Shown in pieces: positions 41,088 to 54,605 of a stretch of 64,000 nucleotides of DNA. Made by a program: the position numbers and the translations under genes. The notes below the pieces were generated by a model that was not told the DNA's origin, ran no database searches, and was given only the letters and a program-made list of their open reading frames with translations. Source of the DNA: Callorhinchus milii (Eukaryota); contig NW_024704743.1 of assembly GCF_018977255.1 (NCBI RefSeq), positions 53,384,001-53,448,000 of the forward strand, written 5' to 3'. The number at the start of each line of letters is the position of its first letter. The stretch's first letter is position 1.

Positions 41088-41470
41088 ATCACTTGCTTTC
41101 ATCATGTCCAGGCTTGACACTACCAACTCTCTGCTTACCGGACTTCCTAACGATTCCCTCCACAAGTTACAGACCATTCAAAACTCTGCAGCTTGTGTTC
41201 TCTCTTGCTTTAAGCTTCGTGAGCCTGCCATTCCCATCCTTGCTTGGCTCCCCATCCCCCAGAGGATCGAGTTTCATATCTGTGCCCTCACTTTTTAATC
41301 CATCCATGGTCTTGCTCTACTCTATCTGTGATCTCCTCAAATCCTACCAACCTAGCTGCTGCCTCTGCTTGGCATCTACTGGTCATCATCACACCCCACA
41401 CTTCCCACCCCACTATCAGACTCAGGCCTTCAGTCTACCTGCTCACTCTTTGGTACTCCATCCCAGAGTC
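41088..41470 (+). mobile_element. L2 ORF2 C-terminal fragment
   Basis: SRLDTTNSLLTGLP..LHKLQTIQNSAA..WLPIPQRIEFHI. Confidence 0.85.
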
Positions 41471-42449
41471 CCCTTCCATTTAGAACCATTTAATTGAGAC
41501 CAAAGCCTAATTTGAACTACAATAGTATTAAAATTATGTGCATCTCTAAGTTGGGCTTGTAAACAGAGTTAGTGAACTCTAATGTATCGTTTTGTGTAGG
41601 ATTGCACAAGAGAATTGTATAAATAGAAAAAAAAATACAATTAATTCCTTGAGAAATTGCAGACCCTTCATACTGAAGGACTTGACTTTTGCCATTTCCT
41701 GGAGGACTAGAGTACTTTATTCATCCAAAAACTAAACAGAAAGCTATCACTCTTGCCTGCTGAATAACACATTTTGTGTTTCTTACCAGAATTTGTTAGC
41801 TTCTCTATCAAAAGTTTAATTACTAAAGAAATATGCTGATTGGAACATTCGGAGCAATATTCCTAAAGTTTCTTATAGTTCTGTTGAAGAATTGGTATAT
41901 TTGTGGGCCAATTCTTTTGTATTATCCTGCATGATATTGAATGGATATCACTCAGGGAAAAATCACTGATTGTTAGTAAATGATTAACAGCTTGTTAATA
42001 AATAATAAGGATTCAGATCTTTTCCTGATGGTTTTGTGAGATGGAAGAATATGATGGCATTATTCTAAATTAATTTGACAGGTGACCCTAGCTAACAATC
42101 CCTCAGATAAAATGAGTAATTTACTTCATGGCTGTTTGTGGCCCAAGCCCTTGCTGTACATAAATTGTCTGCCACTTTCACCTACAAATATACAGTGCCA
42201 GCCCCTCACAGTAAAATTTTGTAAAGCTCTTTGAGATGTTTTGATGTGATCAGGCACTATACCAAATTCAAGGATGATTATAAGTCATCAATCATTATAT
42301 AATAATTATAATAACATTATTGTTCAAATTACTCCACGGCCTCACTCCACCCAACTCTGCGGTCTCCTGTAATCCTACCACCTTGGCCACTTCTTCACTT
42401 AGTGAATACGAACTTGCTTCATGTCCCCTGCTTCATCCACCCTACTATT

Positions 42450-42763
42450 TGCATTGTCGGAAGTGCCATTCTTCGGATGAGATGTTAAAATGAGGTCCAT
42501 CTGCCTGTTCAGGTGAATGTTAAAGATCCCATGGCATTATTTGAAATGAGAAGGTAGTTTCTTCCGGTGTTCTGGCCAACGATCCCCCAAATAAAATTGG
42601 TCACACAATCCACGTTTTTTATGGGACATTGCTGTACGCAGCTGGCTGCTGTGTTTTGCCCACAAAATATACAGTCAATCTACTTTACAATATATTCTGT
42701 GAAGCGCTTTGGGATCTCACGACGAAATGATAAGGCACTATATCAAATGTAAGGATTATTATA
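42450..42763 (+). mobile_element. Deu-SINE (5'-truncated)
   Basis: gcattgtcggaagtgcc..cggatgagatgttaaa..aaagatcccatggca; tail. Confidence 0.75.
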
Positions 42764-43999
42764 TTAGCTCTTTTTCCTTTCCGCCGGCTCAGATGCCCAG
42801 CCAGCTCTGTAAAGTGCTTTGAGATCTTACTGGCATAAAAGGTCCTATGTAAATTGCATTGTATAAATTATCCGGATCCATATATTGAAACATATTTCTA
42901 GGATAAACACATATTGATGATGGAGAATATGCATAGCCTTGATACTTGGTTGAAAGTTGCCATACATAGTCTTATTTTGTTTGGGTGATCTAATTCATTC
43001 TAAACAATTTAAAAATCAATAGTTCATTTAGCAAGACCCTTTTAGCTAAATACTTATTTGAGAACATTTTATTCTTTTTATTGTAACTTTTTGGTCTGAC
43101 ACATGCGGAAACCATTGTCATTCTTAAAAGTATCCAAACCATACATGCATCGCACTTGTGTAAGGATATTTCCCATTTATCTCCCTGGAGTGACTCGCCC
43201 TGCTTACCTAAGTTCAGGAAATACTAGCCACAGCTTGGCAAGAACCAAATCTTGGGGAGCTCAGAGTGTGCGTTGGGTTCTGTTTAACCAGTGAAAACTG
43301 CATAATTTGCCATTGAAAGATGAGCTTCCTGCTATTTTTCCCACCCTGTCCGTTAGGATTTTGATTTACTGGGTTAACGGTGGTTGAATGGGAAGAATTT
43401 CTGCCCCCAGTGATTGTTCTCCCCCTGTTCTGGCAATGAGCCAGGCTGGCTGGTCTGCACAGTGACAGTGTCTTGGAGTACTGATTCACAAACTACTGAG
43501 ATTCCCACAAAGTATTGACTCGATCATAATATTCTATTGCCAGACATGTCACCTTGTAGTCAGGTCAGCTCCAAGGGGATGCCAGTTACCTCCCGCCCCC
43601 TGCCCTCCCTTTTTTTATTCTAAAGTTGCTATATTACAGTTGTGGCTTTGTACAGTGCAATAAGTAATTGTGCTAGGGAATGTGACACTACCAGGTTGAA
43701 AAACGCTTCCAGTACCCAGGGAAATATCCAGAGTCCTACTTATCTTTTCAAACTCTGAAATTGTAATTGCCAACTTCGGGTAGGGGTGTGGGGGAGAGGG
43801 CGCGGTGGGAATGGAGACTGTGTTTGGGGCCACTGTTGCATTTATCCTTTTTGTGTTGCTGCTATTTTGCTCAGGTGTTCTTACCTGGACAATAAGCGCT
43901 CTGGGACACTACCCTGCGTGAGCGGTGCTATATAAGTACAAGTTGTTGTTGTTGACGGTGATTCAATACAAGGTCACTTTCTGCACTGGTTCTATTCTC

Positions 44000-44365
44000 A
44001 ACCGGGCTGAATTGGTGACACTCACCTCTGAGTCCAAAAGATATAGATTAAAGCTGATACTCCAGTGCATGCTGCGAGAGCACTGCAATTTTAGAAGTAC
44101 CATCCTTCAAATGAGACATCTAGCTGCCCCTTCAGATGGACCTTAAAGATCCCATGGCACTATTTGAAAAGAGAATGGAGTTTCTCCCTGAGTCTTGGCC
44201 AACAATTGTCCAAATTAAATTTGTTATTCCATTTTTGACTGGTTGGGGGACATTGAGTACATATTTTCTGCTGCTTTTACCCATAAATACACCACCATAA
44301 ATACACCATCATGTTGAAATACATTTCAACAACATGATAAGGTATTATATCAAATGCAATCTTTA
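44000..44365 (+). mobile_element. Deu-SINE remnant
   Basis: ctcacctctgagtc head; aaagatcccatggcactatttgaa; tatatcaaatgca tail. Confidence 0.7.
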
Positions 44366-44513
44366 CAATCAATGGCTTTCTTTTCTCTGGCTAATTTAAC
44401 AATTTTTGTAGTGGAAATAAAATATTTTTTATCAGCTTAATTTTCATATTGTGCATGGCATGCCAGAAATGTTTATCTTAATCAGGCAGTTTTAATAGGA
44501 TATGATATAAACA

Positions 44514-47077
44514 CAACAACAACAACAACAACAAGATTCCATTTATAAAGTGCCTTTCACGTCAGGAGGACGTCCCAAGGCGCTGCACAGTTGGGTCATG
44601 ACCCGAGCAGGGGGGAAATGGTCAGGGTGAGGGGAGGGGAGGGAGCAAGGAGGGGGGAAATGGTCAGGGTGAGGGGAGGGAAGGGAGGGAGCGAGAAGGG
44701 GGAAGAGAGTCGAGAGGGGAGCTGAAGGCTCGGTCAAAGAGAAAGGTTTTGAGACCGGCCTTGAAGGAGGAAAGGGAGGAAGCGGCGAAGGCACTGGGGG
44801 ATAGAGTTCCAGAGCCTCGGGGCTGAGAGGCTGAAGGCCCGACCACCGATGGTAGGGCGGTTGGGGCGGGGGACGTGGAGCAGACCGGAGCCGGAGGAAC
44901 GGAGGGTACGGGCAGGTAGGTAGGGGGATAGTAGGTTGGAGAGGTAGGAGGGAGCAAGGCCGTGAATGGCCTTGTAGGTGAGGATGAGGATCTTGAAATC
45001 AATCCTCTGGGGGATGGGGAGCCAGTGGAGGCGAGCGAGGGTGGGAGTGATGTGGTCCCGAAGCCTGGTGCGGGACAGTACACGAGCTGCAGAGTTCTGA
45101 ATGACCTGCAGCTTGTGGAGGGAGGTGGCGGGAAGGCCGGCGAGGAGAGAGTTCCCATAGTCCAGCCTTGAGGTGACAAAGGCGTGGACCAGGGTTTCAG
45201 CAGCGTGAGGGGTGAGGTAGTGCCGTAGTCTGGCGATGTTCCGGAGGTGATGGAAGGCGGTGCCAGTTGTGGTGCGGATGTGAGGGAGAAAGGACAGCTC
45301 AGGGTCGAACAAAACGCCGAGGTTCCTGACTGGCTTTGAGAGGTGGAGAGTGCAGCCTTGGATGCTGATGGTGTCAGCGCCTGAGGTGCGGAGGCGCTGA
45401 CGTGAGCCAATCAGGAGGGCCTCGGTTTTTCGCACGTTGAGCTGAAGAAAGTTGTCTCTCGTCCAGGACTCGATGTCGGACAGGCAGCTGTCAGGACATC
45501 GGTGGTCGTGGAGTTGAGAGTAGAGGAGGAAAGGTAGAGTTGGGTGTCATCCGCATACATGTGGAAGTTAACTCCATGTCTGCGGATGATGTCACCGAGG
45601 GGGAGCATATAGAGGGTGAAGAGGAGGGGACCGAGGACAGAGCCCTGAGGGACACCACATGAGACAGTACGGGGGGTGGAGGAGAAGCCATTCGTCGAGA
45701 CAAAGTGAAGACGGTGAGAAAGGTACGACCTAAACCATTCAAGGACAGTGCCTTGAAGGTTGAGGTGGGAGGACAAGCGGTGGAGTAGGATAGCGTGGTC
45801 GACCGTATCGAATGCTGCCGATAGGTCGAGGAGGCAGAGGGAGCCCTGGTCACAGATGGTCAGGATATCATTGGTGACCTTGACCAGGGCAGTTTCTGTG
45901 CTATGGGCAGCACGGAAACCTGACTGAAGGGGTTCGAAAAGAGAATGGGTGGAAAGGAAAGAGCGCAGTTGGGAGGCGACAACTCTTTCCAGGACCTTGG
46001 AGAGAAAGGGGAGGTTGGAGATGGGCCGGTAGCTTGATAGCTGCGACGCATCAAGGGAGGGTTTTTTCAGGGTGGGCGTGATGGTGGCAGTTTTTAAGGG
46101 AATGGGGACAGAGCCAGAGGAGAGGGACAGGTTGATGATGTCGGTGATATGTGGGGCAAGAAAGTGGAGCTGGGAGATAAGGAGTGGAGTGGGGATGGGG
46201 TCAAGGGAGCAGGTGGTTGGTTTTAGGGATAGGATGAGTTTCGTGACAGAGGGTGGGGAAACGGGTACAAAAGTGAGTAGGGGAGGATGGGTAGCAGTCG
46301 GAGTGAGGGGGTGGGGGGTTGGTGGATGTTGGAGGGGAAGTGACCGCGGAGCGAATTCCCTTGATCTTGGATTCAAGGAAATCCAGCATCTCCTCGCAGT
46401 GAAGGTTGGAGGAGATGACCTGCGCGGGGTGGTGGGGGGGACGGAGGAGTCGGGTTGTGGTGGAAAACAGTAGCCTGGGGTTGTTCTTCGCCTCCAGGAT
46501 TATCCTGGAGTAGAAGGACGACTTGGCCGAGGCTAGAGTGGAGCGGTAAATTTTGAGGAGGTCCAGCCAGATTTGTCGGTGGACCGTTAGGCCAGATTTG
46601 ACACAGGTGCGTTCAGCAGCCCGCACCTGGCTTTTCAGTGAGCGGAGGTGGGTGGTGTACCAGGGGGAGGAGCGGGAGTAGGAGACAGTGCGGGAAGTGA
46701 TGGGGGCAAGAGTATCGAGTGTGGAGGAGAGGGTATTGTGGAGGAGGGAGAGAGGAGAAGAGGGGTCGGTGAGGGTTGAAGGCCAGAGGGAGAGGAGTTC
46801 AGAGGACTCCAAGGCATCGGTTAGGGATTGTGGGGGTAACTTCTTCCAAGGGCGGTAGAAGATGGTGGTGGGTCTGGTGGAGGTGGGGAGGGGGGTGGAG
46901 GTGGTGAAGGAGATGAAGTAGTGGTCAGAGATGGCCTTGTCGGTAATAGTGACATCCGAGACACTGAGGCCCCGGGTGATCACCAAATCGAGTGGGTGGC
47001 CGTGACTGTGAGTGGGGGAGTTTATGTGTAAGGAGAGGTTGAGTGAGGAGAGCAGGGAAGAGAAGTCTGTGGAGATG
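44514..47077 (-). mobile_element. Young 5'-truncated L2-clade LINE (end of APE domain, RT, C-terminus, 3'UTR, (TTG)n tail), frameshifted
   Basis: Split ORF2: [83 protein letters not shown]. Frameshifts near 46370, 45485 and 44785; stem-loop tail plus (ttg)n; CpG-rich. Confidence 0.95.
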
Positions 47078-49830
47078 TATTAGAACACATTCTAATAATA
47101 AATTCTAATGGATCTCAAGACATTGTATAACCAGCACATCTTTGTAACGGATTGTAATTAAGACACTGTCCAAAAGCTGTAGGGCACTTCAGCAACTGTT
47201 CACCTCAATTGTACTGCCATCCATTGCCCTTGAGATGAGACTGCAGTTTGGGTCCGGTGTGTGTAAAAGTTTAGTGCAAACAACCGAAAAGGTCTCGGTT
47301 AAATTATATGCTCAGCATGATTTTGAATTGGAGCTGTAATGAAATCATCCATTGAAGTTAGGTTTGATGTCAGCTCTAATAAAGCATCTAATATACTTGG
47401 ATTAAGAGAACATTGAAACCTTTGATTGTAGCTAGTATCAGAGCCAATCCAATTTCTGATGTGTAATACAAGCAATGTATTTGGTTCTATAAATTAGGTG
47501 CTTTTTATATGCTTTGTTTTTAATACTTCTGCTAAAAGGAGCAACATGTTTGTGATCTTTATATACACTTCAGATAATTCAATCAAAATTTCTTAAATGT
47601 GTGGTTATATTGCATGTATCATTTATTTCAGTGGTGAGACACTGTAAATATACCTAGTGAAAATGTAAACATGGTGGAACTTCTGTTTCATGCCTTCAAT
47701 GTTCATGTAGTGACTTAAGTTGAACAAATATGGTGAAGATTTAAATCTATTAAATGCCAATTTTCTTTGATTTAGAGCTATCCACATTTCTGTGATGTGT
47801 ATGGGGCACCGAGCATTGCTGCAGGGGGCCAGCAATTCGCTGTAAGTGACTATTTTTAGTCTGCTCTGCACAGCATTGTTTGCCTGACCTGCTTTGCTGC
47901 TCATTATAGTACAAAAAGTATAGTAAATGATAGTACAAAAAGGGCTTCAACTGAACAAAACCAACTAAAGTAAAATTTATTGCTGTTTTGTCTTATGTTT
48001 TTAAATTAAGCTTACCTACACACCTGTTGGGGGTGAAAAAAAATGAATGCACGCTACCTTAGTACAGTTTGTATTTTCTTAGAAAAGTTTTTCTGTTCCA
48101 TTGTTTGTTTTCTTACACATCTCAACCATTATCTTCTAACTGAAGGCAGAGCAAGCTCAATGTAAATTACAGTATTCTAGAGGTAATGTCCTCACTTTTA
48201 TGAGAATACTTTACTTCAAAAACATGATCTTTGGAAAACTACTTTCACTTCAGCTTGTGGTGTCTATAATTAAACACATCAACACAAGGCAAAACGTGCT
48301 ATATAAATGTCAATTAATATTGTATTGTCTCTTTTAACATTATGATTTACAGCACCTTGGGACATCCTCCTGACGTGAACAGCGCTATATATATGCAATT
48401 TGTTGTTGTTTTTAAATCCGAGACCCCAAGTTGCTCAATAACAGCTACTAGATTTCTGAATTCTTCTTCTGTCACATCTTAGTCATTCCAAGGAAGAGTC
48501 CTTCAGGCTTATCCTCGAGTATTTATGTGAAATTGGTACCCTGCGTTTTTTAAAATTTACTAATATTTTGTTAAATAAACCACTGATCTCAGGGTGCCCA
48601 TCCTGATTAGACCTGCTGCTGTTTCAGTTTATGAGGCTCAAGGGTGTGCTTTCCTTGCTTATTCTGGAATGCTAGAAAGAGCTGTAGTGCTCCTGGGATA
48701 CCTGACATTTTCATCAATTTCTATTTTGAAGTGTTATCCTTTTTAAGGTTTAGATGCGGATGTACTTTTTCTGGTGAATGCTGCAGGCTGTTAAAGCCAT
48801 TTGTAGCACCATATTCTAGAGTACACATTAAATATTCTACAAGAAGAAACTCACGAGCTTTGCACTAATGTATGAGTAAGAATGGTCTTTAGGATTATAA
48901 TTGTGAAATGCAGTATTTTTAAAAAAACGTATTTAAGTTTAGAGGAAGTGATGTAATTCTTTAAAACAAATTTCAAACACTTTAAAGAGGACTTTAAAGT
49001 ATTTGGTTTTATGACTCATCTTCTGCAGGTATAAAAGTAACTGTTTTGGTAATGTATACATATTGTAGAAAATGGTAAGGGGGTGGGGGGGGTTATTTAA
49101 TAGAAATTTGTACCACAGAAGGCGGCTATCCAGCCCATCAAACTACACTGACTTGCTCTCAAAGCAAGGTTTTCAATCAATCCCACTGTCCTGCCTTTTT
49201 TCAATCCCCTTCAAGTCGCTTTCCTACAAAGATTTTTTTTGGGGAAAAAAAATCTTTGAAATGTAATACTTGCAGGATTAATTGGGTGCATGGGTGCTAA
49301 CAAAGCTGTCCTGGACTGAGTGCAACATTAAACAAAAGCTGCTAATTCAAATTGCATTGCTTCAGAAGTCACAAGTCTTCATTGAGTTCCCAATTAGCTT
49401 AGAGCCCTGGTAATTAACCTTAACCAGCTAAATTGTTTCAGTGGTAACCTACAGTAGTCTTTTTTTAAAAAAAGCTTTCACTTTATGTAAATATTTGTCA
49501 TTTCAATGTATAAATTGCAAAACTGAACTTTTAATTGTTTGTGATGCTTAGAACAAAGATGAACCCTGAAAGCCTAAAGTTCAATTAAATATTCCATTGA
49601 ATGTTCCTTCAAAAGACATCAATTTGATCTGACACTTGCTGATCTAAACTCTCTCAAAATGAAGGTTGTTTTGTAAATAACTTGTTTTAATAAGGTTCGG
49701 CATATGCCTGCATGCTTAAGAGTGTTATCAGTCCGCAAGTATGAACATGATAACACGGTATCTTTTCTCTTTTTCACTGCAGCTTTTCTATTCATAGGTC
49801 AAGCAAATGTTTGCACTATGTTTCCTTAAT

Positions 49831-50150
49831 GGAATCCTGTAGCTCAGTGGTTAGAGCACTCAGGTCTCAAGTGAGAGACCTGGGTTGTATTCCCGGCAGG
49901 GTGAAATGTTGGCCAAGTTTCCTTACTCCACACGCCTCTGTTCACCTAGCAGTAAGTAGGAACCCGGTTGCTCATCGATTGGTGGATCACTTTTCCGGGA
50001 TTAATAATCCCTCAAGAAAAAAAAAATAATTTGGTCACTCTATCCGCAAATATACAGTCAATTAACTTTACAGTATATTCTGTGAAGCATCTTGAGATGT
50101 CTAGAAGATGTGAAAAAGTGCTATATCAGATGCAAAAATGATTATTATTA
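49831..50150 (+). mobile_element. Same SINE family (long-head variant, Deu part deleted)
   Basis: tagctcagtggttagagcact head; gcctctgttcacctagcagtaagtagg segment; same tail. Confidence 0.85.
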
Positions 50151-50953
50151 ATACTTTTGTCAATTGAACAAAGTACTTCCTTCAATTGCTTGTTTGACTG
50201 TTGATCCTCCACAAGTTGTTGGTAATCTAAAGCAATTAATTTATTTGCTTCCCTAACTATTCCTGGAATTTTGGGTCGACAATGTTCTCATTGCTTAGGA
50301 CAGTTGAACACTTAATTCATCTCATTGTGGACTGTAAGTTACATGAAAGAGATTCCTCTTCTGGTCTTGCAAAATCTGCAAGTCAATTTTTTCAGAACAA
50401 GAGAGGTGATTGTGGACAGTTTTCTGTCAAGTTTTCTTTTATGAATTATGAGACTTTTATGAATTGGTTATTTCACAATTCTATTTTTTGCACAAGTTGC
50501 AGCACCTGCCACTTCATATCTAAGATATTCTGATTCAGAAAGAGAATCTAGCGTGATGTTTGAGTTCCACACTGCTCTGCCAAGCTGTCGTGATTTCTGA
50601 AGGGTGTGTTCACAGATGTGACTTCACTCCCATTAAATTAGTACAAGCAGATGGGTTAGGCATTGCAGTAGCTCACTGGTATGCTATTGCTCTGAAAGGC
50701 GTGTGACATGTACTAAGGTCTGTTTTTGTTCTTGCTCTTATCCAAAAGCTAAAAAGTATAACTTCAGGGTATGGAAATTGGATCATCATCTCAGTGAATA
50801 TTTCAATGACTTATTCAGAAATGCTCTCAATCTCTCCCCACTTTTAAAATAAACTGCTACTCCATAAATTGCAATATCTGCATGATGTAATAACAGCATG
50901 ATTGTGTGGGTCTTGCCTCCAGTTGCACAAATTGCTTTATGATGGGAATAATG

Positions 50954-51311
50954 TAATAATAATCCTTGCATTTGATATCGTGCCTTATCACATCTTTGAG
51001 ATGTCTCGAAACGCTTCACAGAATATACCGTAAAGTTAATTGACTGTATATTTTGTGGTGAAACGCAGCAGTCAATTGCACACAACAATGTCCCACAAAC
51101 AGTCGTGGATTGAAGTGACCAGTTCATTATTTTTTTTTGAAGGAATTATTACCCCCGGAAAAGCAATCTGCCAATCAGTTAACAACTGGGTACCTACTTA
51201 CTGCTAGGTAAACAGAGGCGTGTGGAGTAAGAACTTGCCCAACATTTCGCCCTGTTGGGATTCAAACCCAGGTCTCTCGCTTATGCCCGTAACCACTGAG
51301 CTACAGGACTC
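50954..51311 (-). mobile_element. Same SINE family, reverse orientation
   Basis: taataatccttgcatttgatat ... aaccactgagctacaggact. Confidence 0.9.
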
Positions 51312-51414
51312 TGTGTATAATGTAATACCCACTGGCTTGATGTCTGGGAATAATTGTTATTTTCATGCAATCTTGTTCATTGCAGTTGCTGCAAGTTGTA
51401 TAGCAATAGTTAAA

Positions 51415-51730
51415 AGTCCTGCAGCTCAGTGGTTAGAGCACTCGCTTTGCAAGCGAGAGACCTGAGTTCAATTCCAGGCACAGGGCGAAACCTTGGGCAA
51501 GTTTCCTTACTCCAAACAGAGCCTAATAATAATCCCTCCAAAACCAAAAACAATAATAAATTGGTCATTTTCAATCTACGACTGTTTGTGGGACATTGCT
51601 GTGCGCAATTGGCTGCCGCGTTCGCCCACAAATATACAGTCAATTCACTTTACAGTGTTTTCTGTGAAGCGCTTTGGGACGTCCTCCCGACGTGAAAAGC
51701 GCTATATCAAATGCAAGGATTATTATTATT
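51415..51730 (+). mobile_element. Same SINE family
   Basis: Full head, body and tail; tail loop ggacgtcctcccgacgtgaaa. Confidence 0.9.
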
Positions 51731-51992
51731 ACCCTCCGGCTTCATGTCTCCTGCCATCAGCAGTCAGACTTTGTTTTTTTTGCCTCCATTCTGTGAAACT
51801 CCATCCTGGAGACCATCTGACTCCCAACCTCACCTTGCTCAAGGTCTGTGTCAAGACCTACCTCTCTGACTGCTTTTGGTCATCTTTCCCCTCCCACCCC
51901 CTCAGCTAACACCCCCAACTAGAGGTCCCAGCCAGTACTATTAAGCACTTTGGGACGTCTTCTCAATATGAAAGACACTATAAATTTAAGTT
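51730..51992 (+). mobile_element. L2 3' fragment directly after a SINE
   Basis: aaggtctgtgtcaagacctacctct..ttttggtc and tail aagcactttgggacgtc..tgaaagacactataaat. Confidence 0.6.
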
Positions 51993-54416
51993 TTTTTAAC
52001 CATAAGTGTGGAATTGGACAAAGAGGCATAAGTTCAATCTGTTTAAAAATCTGAAGCAGATCTTTAAATTTTGGCAGGATCCTGATTCAGTTTTTTGTTT
52101 GTCTTTCTCCTCCTCTTCTTCCCCCACCTGCCCTCAAACAAAAAAAAACTTCAATCTTGTGTGATTTCTGAGTCTCATGTGATATCTGAGCCTTGTGAGA
52201 TTTTGTTCAGTGTCTATCATGTTTTTCAATTGTCTGTTGTATCGTTATCGAATGACGACTTGCTTAGTCACTACACATTTCAGCTGCACCCGCCTGGCTT
52301 GACTCCTTCTGAACCTATTCTGCAGCGTGTGTTGTTCGTGTAGCTGCAAACAATCAAGCTCAGACAACCTGGGTTGATAATAAAACATGGGGAAATCCCT
52401 CTACAGAATCTACGAAATAAGGATGGAAATATATCAGCAATCACTTCATCCCCTTTTCCGAGCAACGAATAAGCTTTTAATTCAGAGCGCCAAATTAATA
52501 TTATAAATGTTTAATATGTACATACACACAGACTTTAAAAGTAGAAAAATTATTTCCATTGGGTGGTGAGTTAGGAACTAGAGGGCATCAATTTAAGATA
52601 GTTAATTAACTAGCAAATGAGGTTAGGAAAAAAAAATTCACGCACTGAATTCTTTAATATGGATATGGTGCTTTTTAAAACAAAAAGAGTTTAAGACTGT
52701 TCATCCCCAAATTTAATTTATAATGCAGAAATTTTGGGCTCCATGTCCACACCAGATTTGTGTGCGCAGCAACATTTCCTGCATTTTTAATTCTAGCTGT
52801 AAGTAGCTACAAATCTTTAATTGAAATGTTTGGATGCTGCCAGTGTACTGGATTTGCAGCAGTGGTTATGAAGTTTCATGTCGAGTAAATTGCCACAAAA
52901 AAATCACCTTCAAAATGACTACAATGTTTTGGTGTCTGCATTTCTTCCTTTTTCTCCAAGCCGCCATAGAATGATTACATTTTGGTACAATGGCTGGGTC
53001 TTTAAGCTTTAACCAACCAATTAACTTTGCACTATATACTGTTCTCAATCATCTGACCCAGACTGTGAACACTTCTTGAGTAAATTAATAAATAATACAT
53101 GCCATAAAACAATCACTTTTAAAAGATTTTGAGCAGTAACTTTGTCGTCTTCAGCTGTGCTGTGGAAGTGGGTAGCTAGGCACTTTCTTTCAGGGAGTGA
53201 AAATAACAAAGGAAAGTAAGTTATCTCAAACTACACTTGACAGCTCCTATCAACCAGCTCCAAATTGGTGGAGTGCTGGGAACAAGAGCTTTACATTTAG
53301 CTCTTATTTCATTATATTTTTTGCATGATTTTTTCCCCCAAGGAGAGTGAATCATCAGACAATTAATCAGTTGCTATTCATGTAAACTTTTGCTTTGGGT
53401 TACCCATTATTTTGTTGCTTATGCATTTATTTGTACTGTAACTCAAATTTATTTGCTTTACAACTGCTGTCTAAACCAGAGGTCATTTCAAAATTACAGA
53501 CACAGACATTTAATTAACCTTCCTTATGAAAATATGTTTACACTTTATTCTCCATGAAATTCCAGACCACTCTCTTTAGCAATGCTTTTACCGTTGCTTT
53601 AAGCTTCAGAATCTTGTGCTGTTCTAGTTTGGATTGGGGTGGTATTAACAGAATCTCCCAACAATTCTGTACTCTTTATAACCTTTTTATAGTAGATCAG
53701 TTAAGCTAATTTTTTAGTTGGGACTCGGACAATTAAATGGTCGATTTGAACCTGTTTTTTTTTCTATTTTAGTGAGATTAACCTTCAGAGGCTAAGCTTA
53801 TAATATCCAATAGATTACTGCTGAGTTAGGAGAGGCGGCAGAAGCTGGAAATGTTCACACCCAAGATCTTATTGAAGTATTCCAGATCCTTAAAGGGCAT
53901 GGACAAAGTGAAACCTAACAACGTTTAACATAAGTCAACAAATGTACAACTTGTGATTAGCAAGGTTCATGGAATTTCGAGGCTTAATTACAGGGTGACC
54001 CCTGTTAACACTGCAGAGAGCAGTAGTGACTGACCGAGTGACTGCCTGGAAACGTGTAAGACGCCAGCCAGTCCCTGCTACAAGCTGGATGTGGACCACA
54101 TCATGGGTCTACAGGAAATATGCAGACTCCAGTGAGGCATATTATAACAAGGTTGCCCAGCATTTTATACAGAGTTATGCATATGTGGAAAAACCCAAGG
54201 AGGTGGTGGAGGTGTATTATGTTAGGACATACAAGAGTGAAATAATAGATATTAGAGGAAGAATTTAATTGACAGTATTTTTATTGGGACATGCCACATG
54301 GTCTCTTTGGTCTGTGCATTTCCTAATTGCGTTGTATAAAATTCTGAGCTAGCCAAAGCATATGCTTAACCTTTCTTGTATTTGCCAGTTGCACACTTTT
54401 AATGATTGTATATTAA

Positions 54417-54605
<189 letters not shown>

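Noticed and set aside
44664..46473. Additional long overlapping ORFs (248 aa -, 133 aa +, 120 aa -)
   Set aside because: Alternative-frame artefacts of GC-skewed L2 sequence.
54026..54268. 80-aa ORF just upstream of exon 11
   Set aside because: Lies in a CR1-like remnant; no compatible splice sites or homology.
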